A stretch of 64,000 nt of DNA from Planctomycetota bacterium. Its GTDB lineage: Bacteria > Planctomycetota > PLA2 > JAEUHO01. The stretch spans positions 1 to 64,000 of the forward strand of contig JBFWRP010000010.1 of NCBI GenBank assembly GCA_050248855.1, in the 5' to 3' direction. Below are positions 46,050-54,931 of the stretch, piece by piece. A program made the translations under genes and the position numbers. The notes beneath the pieces were generated by a model. The model did no database searches, was not told the DNA's origin, and saw only the letters and a list, made by a program, of their open reading frames with translations. How positions within the stretch are numbered: the stretch's first letter is position 1; every line of letters starts with the position of its first letter.

Positions 46050-46774
46050 GACGTGGGCTCCTGGAGCAGGTTCGGCCCCACCCGCTCGTCCCAGGCCTCG
46101 CGGAACAAGGCACGCGCGCGATGGATGCGCCAGCGTGCCGTGGGGTACGTGCAGTCGGTGACGGCCGCGATCTCGCGCGGCGACATGCCGTGCAGGTCAC
46201 GCAGCGTGAGCGCCGTCCGGTACTCGACGGGCAACGTGGCGAGAACCTCCCGCACGAGGCGGCCCGTCTCGACCGAACGCAGATCGTCGGCCACGTCCTC
46301 GCTGCCACGTGCACCCGCCGCGCCTTCCACGTCGTCCACGGGCAGCGCATGCCGACGTCGACGGCGCAGGAGATCGATGGCGAGGTTGCGCGCGATGCGG
46401 TACAGCCAGTTGACGAAGTCGCGTCGCTCGTCGTAGCGGTCCAGCGAGGCGTAGACGCGGAGGAAGGTCTCCTGGGCGACGTCGCGGGCCTCGTCGGCGT
46501 CGAGCAGGATGTCGTGCGCCAGCCAGTACACGCGACGCTGGTAGCGCTCGACGAGGCGTGGGAAGGCCGCCGGGTCGCCCCCGCGCACGGCGCGTACGAG
46601 CGCTGCATCCTCGGCGTGCCGCCGCGCCCGTCGCTCGGCGCGATCCTTGGCCTGTCCCTTCAGGGCCTCGGCCCGGGCGCCCAGGGCGCTGGCCGTGGCG
46701 GGCACGGTCGCAGCCGCGATCGCAGCCGCTCCCGCGGGCGTGGCCGCAAGCGGGGGTGTGTGCTCCAGTCCCAT
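46046..46774 (-). CDS. ECF RNA polymerase sigma-70 factor
   Basis: DAALV...GDPAAF..LVERYQ, ARDVAQETFLRVY, WLYRIARNLAID, LPVEYRTAL, EIA, ARWRIHRAR. Confidence 0.9.
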   Translation of the reverse strand: MGLEHTPPLAATPAGAAAIAAATVPATASALGARAEALKGQAKDRAERRARRHAEDAALVRAVRGGDPAAFPRLVERYQRRVYWLAHDILLDADEARDVAQETFLRVYASLDRYDERRDFVNWLYRIARNLAIDLLRRRRRHALPVDDVEGAAGARGSEDVADDLRSVETGRLVREVLATLPVEYRTALTLRDLHGMSPREIAAVTDCTYPTARWRIHRARALFREAWDERVGPNLLQEPTS

Positions 46775-46785
46775 GGCGCCCAACC

Positions 46786-46812
46786 TACGACGGGGTCGGC
46801 GCCGGTGTTGGA
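46786..46812 (-). promoter_or_regulatory. Candidate ECF-type autoregulatory promoter
   Basis: The minus strand reads TCCAAC-N17-CGTA, ending 11 nt before ATG 46774. This resembles the generic AAC-N16/17-CGT ECF consensus. Confidence 0.3.
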
Positions 46813-46950
46813 CTCGGGCCGTCCGGCGCACGCGTGGCGCGCGTAGCATGGAGCGATGCCCGCCCCCGGCCCTGTCCGCCGACGGGCCGTGGCGCCCCGC
46901 CGCGGTCGACCCGCCGTCCGGCCCGTCCGCTGCCCCGGGAGGACCGGCGC

Positions 46951-47577
46951 GTGAAGCGCTTGACCCGGGACGAGGAGGCGGCGCTGGTGGCTCGCTGCGC
47001 CCTCGGCGAGCCCGAGGCTTGGCCCGAGCTGGTCGACGTCTACGGGCCCCTGGTGCGGGCGCTGGCCCAGCGGATGCTGCTTCGGCGGTCGGGACGCGCC
47101 GCCGCCCCGGACGTCGACGAGGTGGTCGCCGACGTCTTCCTGGCCCTGGTCCGCCGCGATCGGCTCCTGCTGAGCCGCTTCGACCCCACCTACCGCTTCT
47201 CGACCTACCTCGGCGTGATCTGCCGCACGCAGGTAGTCCGCCTGCTCCGGCGCGCCGGGCGCCGCCCGGTCCCCGTCGAGGAGCTGGGCCAGGTGCCAGG
47301 ACGGGAGACCGATCTCGGGCCGGCCGGGGCCCTGCGCGAGCAGGAGCGGGCCGAGGCCCTGGCCTCCCTGCGTGCGGCCCTGGAGGAGCTCGGCGAGCGC
47401 GACCGGCTGCTGCTGACGCTGCGCTTCCTCGACGGCCAGGACTACCGGGCCATCGCCCGTGCGCTCGCGATCAGCCCCGAGAGCGTCGGCCAGCTCCTCA
47501 CCCGCGCCAAGGCCCGCCTGCGTGAGCGCGTCCCCCACCTCGAACGCTGGCTCGCGCCCGTCGAGGACGAGGGGTAG
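46951..47577 (+). CDS. Second ECF RNA polymerase sigma-70 factor, divergent from the first
   Basis: GGGAGGA RBS and GTG start; GEPEAW.ELV..YG, DEVVADVF, FSTYL, LGERDRLLLTLRF, YRAIA, LTRAKARL. Confidence 0.88.
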   Translation: MKRLTRDEEAALVARCALGEPEAWPELVDVYGPLVRALAQRMLLRRSGRAAAPDVDEVVADVFLALVRRDRLLLSRFDPTYRFSTYLGVICRTQVVRLLRRAGRRPVPVEELGQVPGRETDLGPAGALREQERAEALASLRAALEELGERDRLLLTLRFLDGQDYRAIARALAISPESVGQLLTRAKARLRERVPHLERWLAPVEDEG

Positions 47578-47586
47578 CGCCCCTCT

Positions 47587-50190
47587 TCAGCGCCGCCTCA
47601 AGGCGTCGTCGATGGCTTGCTGCAGCTGCTCGCCGGCGACGCGTTGGTACCAGGACTTAACGGGCACGCGACGCGCCGTGAGCACCACCGTCGTAGGCAC
47701 GAAGCTCATGTAGTAGGTGTGCACGACCTGCTTCTGGAACGTGTCCCAGCGTGCGCGCACGCTGACGTCCACCGCGACGACATCGATGTCGCGGGCGCGT
47801 TCGACGAGCACCGGCAGGAAGTCGGCGGCCTGCAGGTCGCTGGCCTTGCTCGAGTCGTCGTAGAAGAGGATCACGAGCGGCCTCTGGCCGGGCTCGCGCA
47901 CGACGCGCGCGTCCGACGTGCGTACCAACGACGGGGGGTAGCCCGGCACCCGTGCGTCGCCCGCGACTTGGCGAAGGCGTTGGACGTGCGCGTCAAGCGC
48001 GAGGCCCAAGCCGCTCGGGGGCGGGGTCGTGTCGCCCGTCGGCGCCCAGCCGTCCCCGCCGAGCGTCGACGGGTCCCGGTACTCGCCGGGCGAGGGGGTC
48101 GGGGCCGCGCCGGCGTCGTCCGGGTCGGCGGGCGGCAGCCGCAGCGCCTTCACGAGCTCCAGCTCCACCTCGGCGGCATCGATGCTGCGCGTGAAGAGGC
48201 GGGGTGCGCGCCGGTCGGGGGGCAGCACCACGAGGGTGGGCACGTCGCGCAAGTACGCGCGGCGCAGCGCGTCGAGAGCAGCGTCGTCGGGGCCGCGCGG
48301 ACGCGCTTCCACGACGACGAAATCGAAGCGGTCCCGGTAGCCCACGAGCGTCGACAGCAGCGAGGCCGCCGCCAGGTCGCTGGCACGATCGGCGTCGTCC
48401 ACGAACGCCACGACCGCGGCCCGCGCGCCGGGACGCAGCGCGAGGCGCGGGTCGGCGCGCAGCAGGAGGTCGGCGGGGTAGCCGACCAGCGACGGGTCGC
48501 CCGGCCGGTCGCGCAGACGCAAGGCGTGCTCGCGGGCGCGCTCGGCAGGCGTCGTGCCGACGTACGGCGGGACGCCGGGCGCCGTACCGCCGGGGAGCGG
48601 CTCGGCGGAACCTGCGGGCACGTCACCGGTCCCGCTCCCGGGCAGCGGGTTGCCCCACGGGTCGTCGGGAGCGGCCGGGGCACGGGGTGCCTGCGGGGGC
48701 GCCGAACCAGGAGCCGGCGCGCCCCATGGGTCGTACGGCGCGGGGTCGTGCGGCGCCGTCGGCTCGGCGGGCGGGGCCCCGCCTCCCGGTGTCGCGCCTC
48801 CGGGGCTGGTGCCGCCTGGCGTGGCGCCCGGGCCAAAGCCCCACGGATCGCTACCGGTAGGGGGAGCTGGCGAGGTCGTCGCGGGACCGGGGCCCTGCTC
48901 GGGAGCGCCGGGCATCCACGTCTCGCCCGCCGCGCCGCTTCCGGGGGCCGCGAGGGGGTCGCCCATGTCGGGCGCGCCGGGCAGCCACGAGTCGGGGGAG
49001 GAGCTGCCCGGAGGCGCAACGTCCGCCGGCGCTGGGAAGGCCGGCTCCGGGCTCCCGGCGAGGCGCGGGAAGTCGCCCGGCGGCGGCAGCTCGAGGCCCA
49101 CATCGGGATAGCGGGCGCTCCAGTCGATCGGGCCGTCCGGCGCGGCAGCTCCGTCCACCGGGGGTGCGGCGGGCAGCTCGTCCGCGCCGGGCCCGACCGA
49201 GGCACCGGCCGGGGTGTCGCCGGCAGCAGGCGGGGCAAGCGTCCCGTCACCCACCGCTTCCGCCTCGGCACCGGGGGGCGTGGACACGGCCCCGTCCGCG
49301 GGCGGTGGCTCGATGCCGGCCACGCTGGGCAAGCTGGGCTTCACGCCTTCGAGCAGCGGAACGTCGGGGACGTCTGCCGCAGGGCCCTGCCTCCAGAACG
49401 GATCGTCGCCCGGAGCCGGCGGGGGCTCGGGAGGGGGCAGCGGAGCGCCGGGCTCCGCAGCCCGCCCGCCGGGGACCTCCGGGAACGGGACGTCGAGCGG
49501 CTCCGTGGACGGGTCGAGCGCCCACGGATCGGGGATCTCCCCCGGGCCCGGAGGGGGCGCCGGTCGAGCCGACTCGTCAGGCTGCTGCGGCGGACCGGGA
49601 CGTTCCGGCGCGCTCGGCTGCGTGCCCGGCAACCGTGCCGGCGCGGGCGACGCGACGTGCTCCGAGGCTGCGTCCTCGAGGGTCACCGGCACCGGCGCGC
49701 CTGGCTGGGCGGGCACGGTGGCCGGGAGCGGGAGGACGGGGCCTCGCGCGGGTCGCGTCGGCCGGGCCGGCGGGATGCGCGGTCCCCCGACGCGCACGGG
49801 CCGGACCCCGCGCGGCGGTGGCGGAGCCGGGAAGTCGCGCCGTACGACCGGGGCAGGAGGCGGAGCAGCTGCCGGCTCCGCGGCGGGGGCAGGTGCCGGC
49901 TCGGCGGGTGTGTCGGGTTCCGGGGGTCCCGGGGGTTGGGCCTTGGCCTCCTCGGGCTCGGCCGGCGCGCCGACGGGCGGTTCGCCGGCAGGCGGTTCGT
50001 CGGCGCCCGCCACGCCGGGCGCCGCGAGCAGCGGGCCCGTGGTCGCCAGGGCGGCAACGAGCACCACGTGCAGCATGCGGCTCGTGCTGCCCCGCGGGCC
50101 GGGCACGTGGACATCGGGCAGGGGAGTCGGGGAATCCTGGCGCATGGCGCGCTGCCACCTCCCGGGACGAGGTTGCCCGAAGGGCATCAT
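47587..50190 (-). CDS. Exported Pro-rich protein with two C-terminal thioredoxin-like folds lacking CxxC (start 50190 or 50145)
   Basis: Hydrophobic signal segment, ~500 aa P/A/G-rich region with DPW repeats, and two homologous domains (VVAFVDDADRASDL...VPTLVVL; VILFYDDSSKASDL...VPTTVVL). Confidence 0.65.
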   Translation of the reverse strand: MMPFGQPRPGRWQRAMRQDSPTPLPDVHVPGPRGSTSRMLHVVLVAALATTGPLLAAPGVAGADEPPAGEPPVGAPAEPEEAKAQPPGPPEPDTPAEPAPAPAAEPAAAPPPAPVVRRDFPAPPPPRGVRPVRVGGPRIPPARPTRPARGPVLPLPATVPAQPGAPVPVTLEDAASEHVASPAPARLPGTQPSAPERPGPPQQPDESARPAPPPGPGEIPDPWALDPSTEPLDVPFPEVPGGRAAEPGAPLPPPEPPPAPGDDPFWRQGPAADVPDVPLLEGVKPSLPSVAGIEPPPADGAVSTPPGAEAEAVGDGTLAPPAAGDTPAGASVGPGADELPAAPPVDGAAAPDGPIDWSARYPDVGLELPPPGDFPRLAGSPEPAFPAPADVAPPGSSSPDSWLPGAPDMGDPLAAPGSGAAGETWMPGAPEQGPGPATTSPAPPTGSDPWGFGPGATPGGTSPGGATPGGGAPPAEPTAPHDPAPYDPWGAPAPGSAPPQAPRAPAAPDDPWGNPLPGSGTGDVPAGSAEPLPGGTAPGVPPYVGTTPAERAREHALRLRDRPGDPSLVGYPADLLLRADPRLALRPGARAAVVAFVDDADRASDLAAASLLSTLVGYRDRFDFVVVEARPRGPDDAALDALRRAYLRDVPTLVVLPPDRRAPRLFTRSIDAAEVELELVKALRLPPADPDDAGAAPTPSPGEYRDPSTLGGDGWAPTGDTTPPPSGLGLALDAHVQRLRQVAGDARVPGYPPSLVRTSDARVVREPGQRPLVILFYDDSSKASDLQAADFLPVLVERARDIDVVAVDVSVRARWDTFQKQVVHTYYMSFVPTTVVLTARRVPVKSWYQRVAGEQLQQAIDDALRRR

Positions 50191-52016
50191 TGGACCGTCA
50201 CCGTCTTGGCGAGGTTCCTGGGCTGGTCGATGTCGCAGCCGCGGCGCTTGGCCGTCTCGTAGGCCAGCACCTGCAGCGGGATCACGTTGACCACGGGCGC
50301 CAAGAGCGGCGGCAGGGCCGGGACCGGCAAGACGAAGTCGGCCACCTTGGGGGCGTCGGGATCGCCCTCCGCAGCGACCAGCACCACGAGCCCGTCACGC
50401 GCCTTCACTTCGCGCACGTTGCCCAACATGCGATCGCGCCAGGGACCCGCGGTCGCGATGGCGACGGTGGGCATGTCGAACGACACGAGGGCGATGGGCC
50501 CGTGCTTCATCTCGCCGGCCGGATAGCCCTCCGCGTGGATGTAGGAGATCTCCTTCATCTTCAACGCGCCTTCGAGCGCGGTCGCCGAATCGGGCCCCCG
50601 TCCGAGGTAGAGCATGTTGCCTGCACGGTAGATCTCCCGCACGACATCGGCCACGACGCTCTCCGTGCGCGACAGCGCGTGGCGGATGGCCTCGGGCAGG
50701 CGATCGAGCGCCGCGACCACCTCGCGCGCTTCGGCGCTGGTCGTTCCGCGCGCCTCGGCCGCTGCGAGGGCAAGCAGGAGCAGCGACGTGAGCATGCCCG
50801 TGTAGGCCTTGGTGCTGGCGACGCCGACCTCGGGACCGGCATGCATGTCGACCACGCCCTCCACCAGCCGCCCGATGGCGCTATGGGCCACGTTGAGCAC
50901 GGCGAGGGTGCGCGCCTTCCCGCGGAGCGCCACCTCGACGGCGACCTTGGTGTCCGCCGTCTCCCCACTCTGGCTCACCGCGATCACGAGCGTGCGGTCG
51001 TCCAGCCTCGGCTGGCGTGCGTCGTACTCGTGCGCCATCAGCGCACGCGCGGGAATGCGCGCGAGGCGCTCCAGGGCGTAGGCGCCGTAGAGGCACGCGT
51101 GGTAGGCCGTGCCGCAGGCCACGAGGTCGACGCGCTCGATCCCCTGCCAATCGGCCGCCCGGAGCGGTAGGTCGTCGAACCGGGCGTGGCCTCGAACCGT
51201 GTCCATGCGACCGTGGACCAGCTCGTACAACCGCGCGGGCTGCTCGTGGATCTCCTTCGCCATGAAGTGGGCATGGCCCGCCTTGTCCGTCTCGCGCTCG
51301 TGCTCCTCGATGGGACGACGCACGATGTCGACTTCGCGGCCTGCGCTGTCCAGCACGCGCACGTCATCGGCCTCGACGATGGCGATCTGGTCGTCGCCCA
51401 GCTCCACGACCGCATCCGCGCGGCCCGCCAGGGCGCGCACGTCGGAGGCCACGAGGTTTTCCCCGAGGCCGAGGCCGATCAGCAGGGGGCTCCCGCGACG
51501 GACGGCCACGATCCGCTCCGGGTGGTCGGCGTGGACGAACGCGAGAGCGAAGTGTCCGTGGCAGCGCTCGAAGAGCTCCCGAGCGGCTGCCACGGGATCG
51601 GCGCCCCCGCGCCGCGCGAACAGGTGCGCGAAGACCTCCGTGTCCGTGTCCGATCGGAACGTGACGCCGTCCGCCTCGAGCTCCTCGCGGAGCGCGAGGT
51701 CGTTCTCGAGGATGCCGTTGTGGACGACGGCTACCGCGCCGTTCGCGTCGGCCTGGGGGTGGGCGTTGACACGACTGGGTGCACCGTGCGTCGCCCAGCG
51801 GGTGTGTCCGATGCCGGTGCCCCCCACCAGGACGGCGGGATCCCAGCGGGGCGCCAGATCGGCAATCCGGCCCTTGTCCTTCTCGACGCGCAGCGTGCTG
51901 CCGTCATGGACGGCCACGCCTGCCGAGTCGTAGCCGCGGTAGCTCAAGAGGCGGATGCCCTGCACGAGCACGGGCAAGGCCTGGGAGCGACCGACGTAGC
52001 CGATGATTCCGCACAT
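50187..52016 (-). CDS. glmS: Glutamine--fructose-6-phosphate aminotransferase (isomerizing)
   Basis: MCGIIG, YRGYDSAG, GHTRWATHG, VHNG, SQSGETAD, VASTKAY, EGALKMKEISY, KHGPIAL, PRNLAKTVT; 609 aa; GGAGG RBS. Confidence 0.97.
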   Translation of the reverse strand: MCGIIGYVGRSQALPVLVQGIRLLSYRGYDSAGVAVHDGSTLRVEKDKGRIADLAPRWDPAVLVGGTGIGHTRWATHGAPSRVNAHPQADANGAVAVVHNGILENDLALREELEADGVTFRSDTDTEVFAHLFARRGGADPVAAARELFERCHGHFALAFVHADHPERIVAVRRGSPLLIGLGLGENLVASDVRALAGRADAVVELGDDQIAIVEADDVRVLDSAGREVDIVRRPIEEHERETDKAGHAHFMAKEIHEQPARLYELVHGRMDTVRGHARFDDLPLRAADWQGIERVDLVACGTAYHACLYGAYALERLARIPARALMAHEYDARQPRLDDRTLVIAVSQSGETADTKVAVEVALRGKARTLAVLNVAHSAIGRLVEGVVDMHAGPEVGVASTKAYTGMLTSLLLLALAAAEARGTTSAEAREVVAALDRLPEAIRHALSRTESVVADVVREIYRAGNMLYLGRGPDSATALEGALKMKEISYIHAEGYPAGEMKHGPIALVSFDMPTVAIATAGPWRDRMLGNVREVKARDGLVVLVAAEGDPDAPKVADFVLPVPALPPLLAPVVNVIPLQVLAYETAKRRGCDIDQPRNLAKTVTVQ

Positions 52017-52192
52017 GGCAGGGGACCTCCTCGAGGCCGTTCGGAGGGCGGGGCCGACCCCCGGCACGGGCAGGGCGCACCTGCCCGCGTGAAGCCCCTC
52101 ATGGTGCCCCGGATTGCCGCCGTGTCCGACGGATCGGGCGGGCGCGCCTGCGGGCACCTGTCGGCTGGATCGGCTCGCGGCCCGCGCTCCGT

Positions 52193-53665
52193 ATGCTTGG
52201 GCCGATGAGGTTCACCGCCTCCCGGCCCGCCCCCTCCCACGCCCTCGCGCGGGCGCGCCTCGTCGGGGTCTGCCTGCTGGTCGCCGGCGTCGTCGCGGCG
52301 CTGGGTCTCGCGCGCGCCGAGCCGGGTCCGCTGGAGCCCGCGCTGTCGCTCGTGCTGGTCGGGGAGGAGGCGGGGTTCCTGGTCCCCGCGCACGGCGGCG
52401 AGGGCCTCGCGGGACGCGCGGCTCGCGCCCGACAGCGCACGGCCGCAGGGACGCCCACGCGCCTCCTCGCCGTCGGGGGCTCGCTCGGTCCCGGAACGGC
52501 GACGTCCCGGCGCCTGTCCGCCGACCACCTGAGGGCCGTGCTGGCGACCGGGGGTGCGATCGGCCATCTGCTTGCGGCCGACGACCTGGACGAGCCGGCC
52601 CTGGCCCAGGGCTGGCGCGGCGAGGGACCGCTCGGCGAGCCCACGCCGCCGCTCAACGTCCTCTTGGCGCCGGACCACCCAGCGGCCGGGCGACCGCCAT
52701 GGCTCGACGTGGACGTGGCGGGGGTTCCCCTGCGCGTGTTCTCGTTGGTCGGAGAACGCGCCGGCACGGCGCTCCGGGACGCCGGTAGCGCACGAGCGTG
52801 GATCGCTGCCTCGACGGCGCTCCAGAACCTGCGCCCGGACACGGGACGGTGCTGGGTCGCCGTCCTCGACGCGGACGTGGATGTCGCGGCGGTCGCCGCG
52901 GGGCTGGGCCGTCTGGCAACGTCCGTCACGCTCGTGGTCCGGGGGACGAGTCGCCTCGAGGCGCCCCGCCGCGAGGGCGACGCGCTGGTCGTGGAGCTGG
53001 CTCGGGGCGCCCGTGCGGGCCTCGTGCTGACCTTCACGGTGGACGCGGAAGGGGCGTGGAAGGCCGACGCCGACGTGGTGCCGGCGGTCGATCCGACCGC
53101 CCCTTCCGGGGCGCCCGAGACGGAGCTCCTCGGCCTTTTTCACGAGCGCCTGGAGGGGGCCGCCGCGTGGCGCGAGGTGGCGGCCCTGGACCGCGCGCGA
53201 CCCCGCCACGTAGGCCCCCAGGTCTGTGCCTCGTGCCACGGGGCCCTGGCCGCGGACCCCGCGGTCCTCGGCCACCTGGAAGGAAGCGCCGGGGGGGCGC
53301 TGGCGGCCGAGCCCGGCTGCGCGGCGTGCCACGCGACGGGGTACGTGCCCGGCGAGCGGCGTCTGGCTCGGCACACCGACGGCTTTCGCAGCGAGGCCGC
53401 CACGCCGTGGCTGGCGGGCGTCTCGTGCGAGGCCTGCCACGGTCCGGGGGGCGACCACGTCATGGACCCGCAGCGCCAGGGCGCGCTCCGTGAGGACCCG
53501 GCGGCGGCTTGTGCGGGCTGCCACGATCCGCTCGGCGCCCCGGGCTTGGAGGCGCGTGCGCCGGGTGCCCGGGGCTTCCACGCCGCCGTGGAACCTGCGG
53601 CCCGCACGCGCGTTCCTCCGGAGTGGCTGGCGCGCCTGGAGGCCGCCGGCCTCGGGAAACGCTGA
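52193..53665 (+). CDS. Exported tetraheme c-type cytochrome (c554-like C-terminus) with degenerate 5'-nucleotidase-like N-terminal region
   Basis: Four CxxCH motifs (CASCH, CAACH, CEACH, CAGCH), GVSCEACHGPG and VGPQVC; signal peptide; start may be 52205. Confidence 0.8.
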   Translation: MLGPMRFTASRPAPSHALARARLVGVCLLVAGVVAALGLARAEPGPLEPALSLVLVGEEAGFLVPAHGGEGLAGRAARARQRTAAGTPTRLLAVGGSLGPGTATSRRLSADHLRAVLATGGAIGHLLAADDLDEPALAQGWRGEGPLGEPTPPLNVLLAPDHPAAGRPPWLDVDVAGVPLRVFSLVGERAGTALRDAGSARAWIAASTALQNLRPDTGRCWVAVLDADVDVAAVAAGLGRLATSVTLVVRGTSRLEAPRREGDALVVELARGARAGLVLTFTVDAEGAWKADADVVPAVDPTAPSGAPETELLGLFHERLEGAAAWREVAALDRARPRHVGPQVCASCHGALAADPAVLGHLEGSAGGALAAEPGCAACHATGYVPGERRLARHTDGFRSEAATPWLAGVSCEACHGPGGDHVMDPQRQGALREDPAAACAGCHDPLGAPGLEARAPGARGFHAAVEPAARTRVPPEWLARLEAAGLGKR

Positions 53666-53716
53666 CCACGTCGCATCGAAGGCATCGCGCCCGCCGGCAC
53701 GAGGGGACCCCAGAAC

Positions 53717-54925
53717 GTGAACGAGACCGAGTCACCGACATCCACGAGCGTGCCCTCGCCGACGAGCAACCGGGTGGCCATGGGCCTCACCCTGGTCTTG
53801 CTGGTGGGGCTGGGCGCGGCCACGGCCGCCATGCTGCGGGGCGACGAGGAGCCGCCGGAGCCCCCGCGTCGTGCGGTCACCCCGGAGGAAGGCGACGCGG
53901 ATCCAGGCGGCTGCGGGATCCCCGACCCCGACAAGCCCGCCGACATCGCGCTGCAGCTGGACGGCGATCAGCTGGACTTCGGAGACGTCGAGCAGGGCGC
54001 CCTCGAGACGCGCGTCGTCACGTTCCGCAGCACCGGGCGGGGGCCGCTCTGCATCCACCGCGTGCGCAGCGGCTGTGGCTGCTTCCTGGCCGAGCTGGAT
54101 CCACCGGACAAGCTGCGCTTCGAGCCCGGCGAGACCGGACGGCTCAAGATCACGATGAACAGCGAGCGCCGGGAGGGCGACACGCACAAGAGCGTCACGA
54201 TCTACACGAACCGCTTGCGCGGTGGCAGCGTGGTCCTGCGCTGCCGGGCCAACGTCGTGAAGGGGCTGATCTTGGTGGAGACGGCGGCGCGCTTCCGTGC
54301 CGTCCCCCGCGAGACGCCCAGCGAGGCCACGCTCACGCTCTACACACCCAAGGACGAGGGGCCGTTCGAGGTTCTGGGCGTCGAGGGGACGCGTCCCGGG
54401 AAAGGCGGCCTGCCGATCCCCTACACGTTCGAGACCGAGGTCATCGACGATCCCGGCTTGCACAAGGTGCGCCTCGTGATCACGCACCCGGGCCTCGCGG
54501 AGCCCGGTGGCTCGCAGGATGCGATCCGCATCCGGACCTCGCATCGCAAGCGCAGCGAGATCACGGTGAGCAGCTACCTGCAGGTCGTCGACCGCATCCG
54601 GCCCTCGGTACGCACGGCGAGCCTGGGACTCGTCGGCCCGGGCCGCGAGGCCAAGCCCGTGCGCGTCTGGTTCCGGCCCGGCGTCCCCGACCTCTCGTTC
54701 CGCCTGGTGGCCGCCTACATCGAGGCGGCGCCTGGCCGCGACGAGCCCGCCGACGGCTTGGGCTTCCTGGCCACGCTCGGCACCGACGAGCGCGGCGCCT
54801 ACGTGGACCTCCGGCACGATGGTCGCGCTCGCCGGCCCGGCCTGCACGAGGCCATGCTGGTCGTCACGACGGACGACCCGCAGCAGCGGCAGATCCGCAT
54901 CCCGCTTCGCGCCGAAGAACGCTGA
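53717..54925 (+). CDS. DUF1573 domain membrane-anchored protein
   Basis: TM, then DFGDV, FRSTG..PL.I, SGCGCF, PGETGRLKI, KSVTIYTN; further Ig-like segments ending in TDDP. Confidence 0.85.
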   Translation: MNETESPTSTSVPSPTSNRVAMGLTLVLLVGLGAATAAMLRGDEEPPEPPRRAVTPEEGDADPGGCGIPDPDKPADIALQLDGDQLDFGDVEQGALETRVVTFRSTGRGPLCIHRVRSGCGCFLAELDPPDKLRFEPGETGRLKITMNSERREGDTHKSVTIYTNRLRGGSVVLRCRANVVKGLILVETAARFRAVPRETPSEATLTLYTPKDEGPFEVLGVEGTRPGKGGLPIPYTFETEVIDDPGLHKVRLVITHPGLAEPGGSQDAIRIRTSHRKRSEITVSSYLQVVDRIRPSVRTASLGLVGPGREAKPVRVWFRPGVPDLSFRLVAAYIEAAPGRDEPADGLGFLATLGTDERGAYVDLRHDGRARRPGLHEAMLVVTTDDPQQRQIRIPLRAEER

Positions 54926-54931
54926 CGCGTC

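Noticed and set aside
37629..46436. Long plus-strand ORFs of 1564, 980 and 1185 aa
   Set aside because: They are antisense shadows of the pseudopilin and ECF-cluster genes with no recognisable domains.
52017..52200. Canonical glmS ribozyme
   Set aside because: The expected AGCGCC...GACGAGG core arrangement could not be found on the coding strand. It is kept only as a low-interest structured leader.
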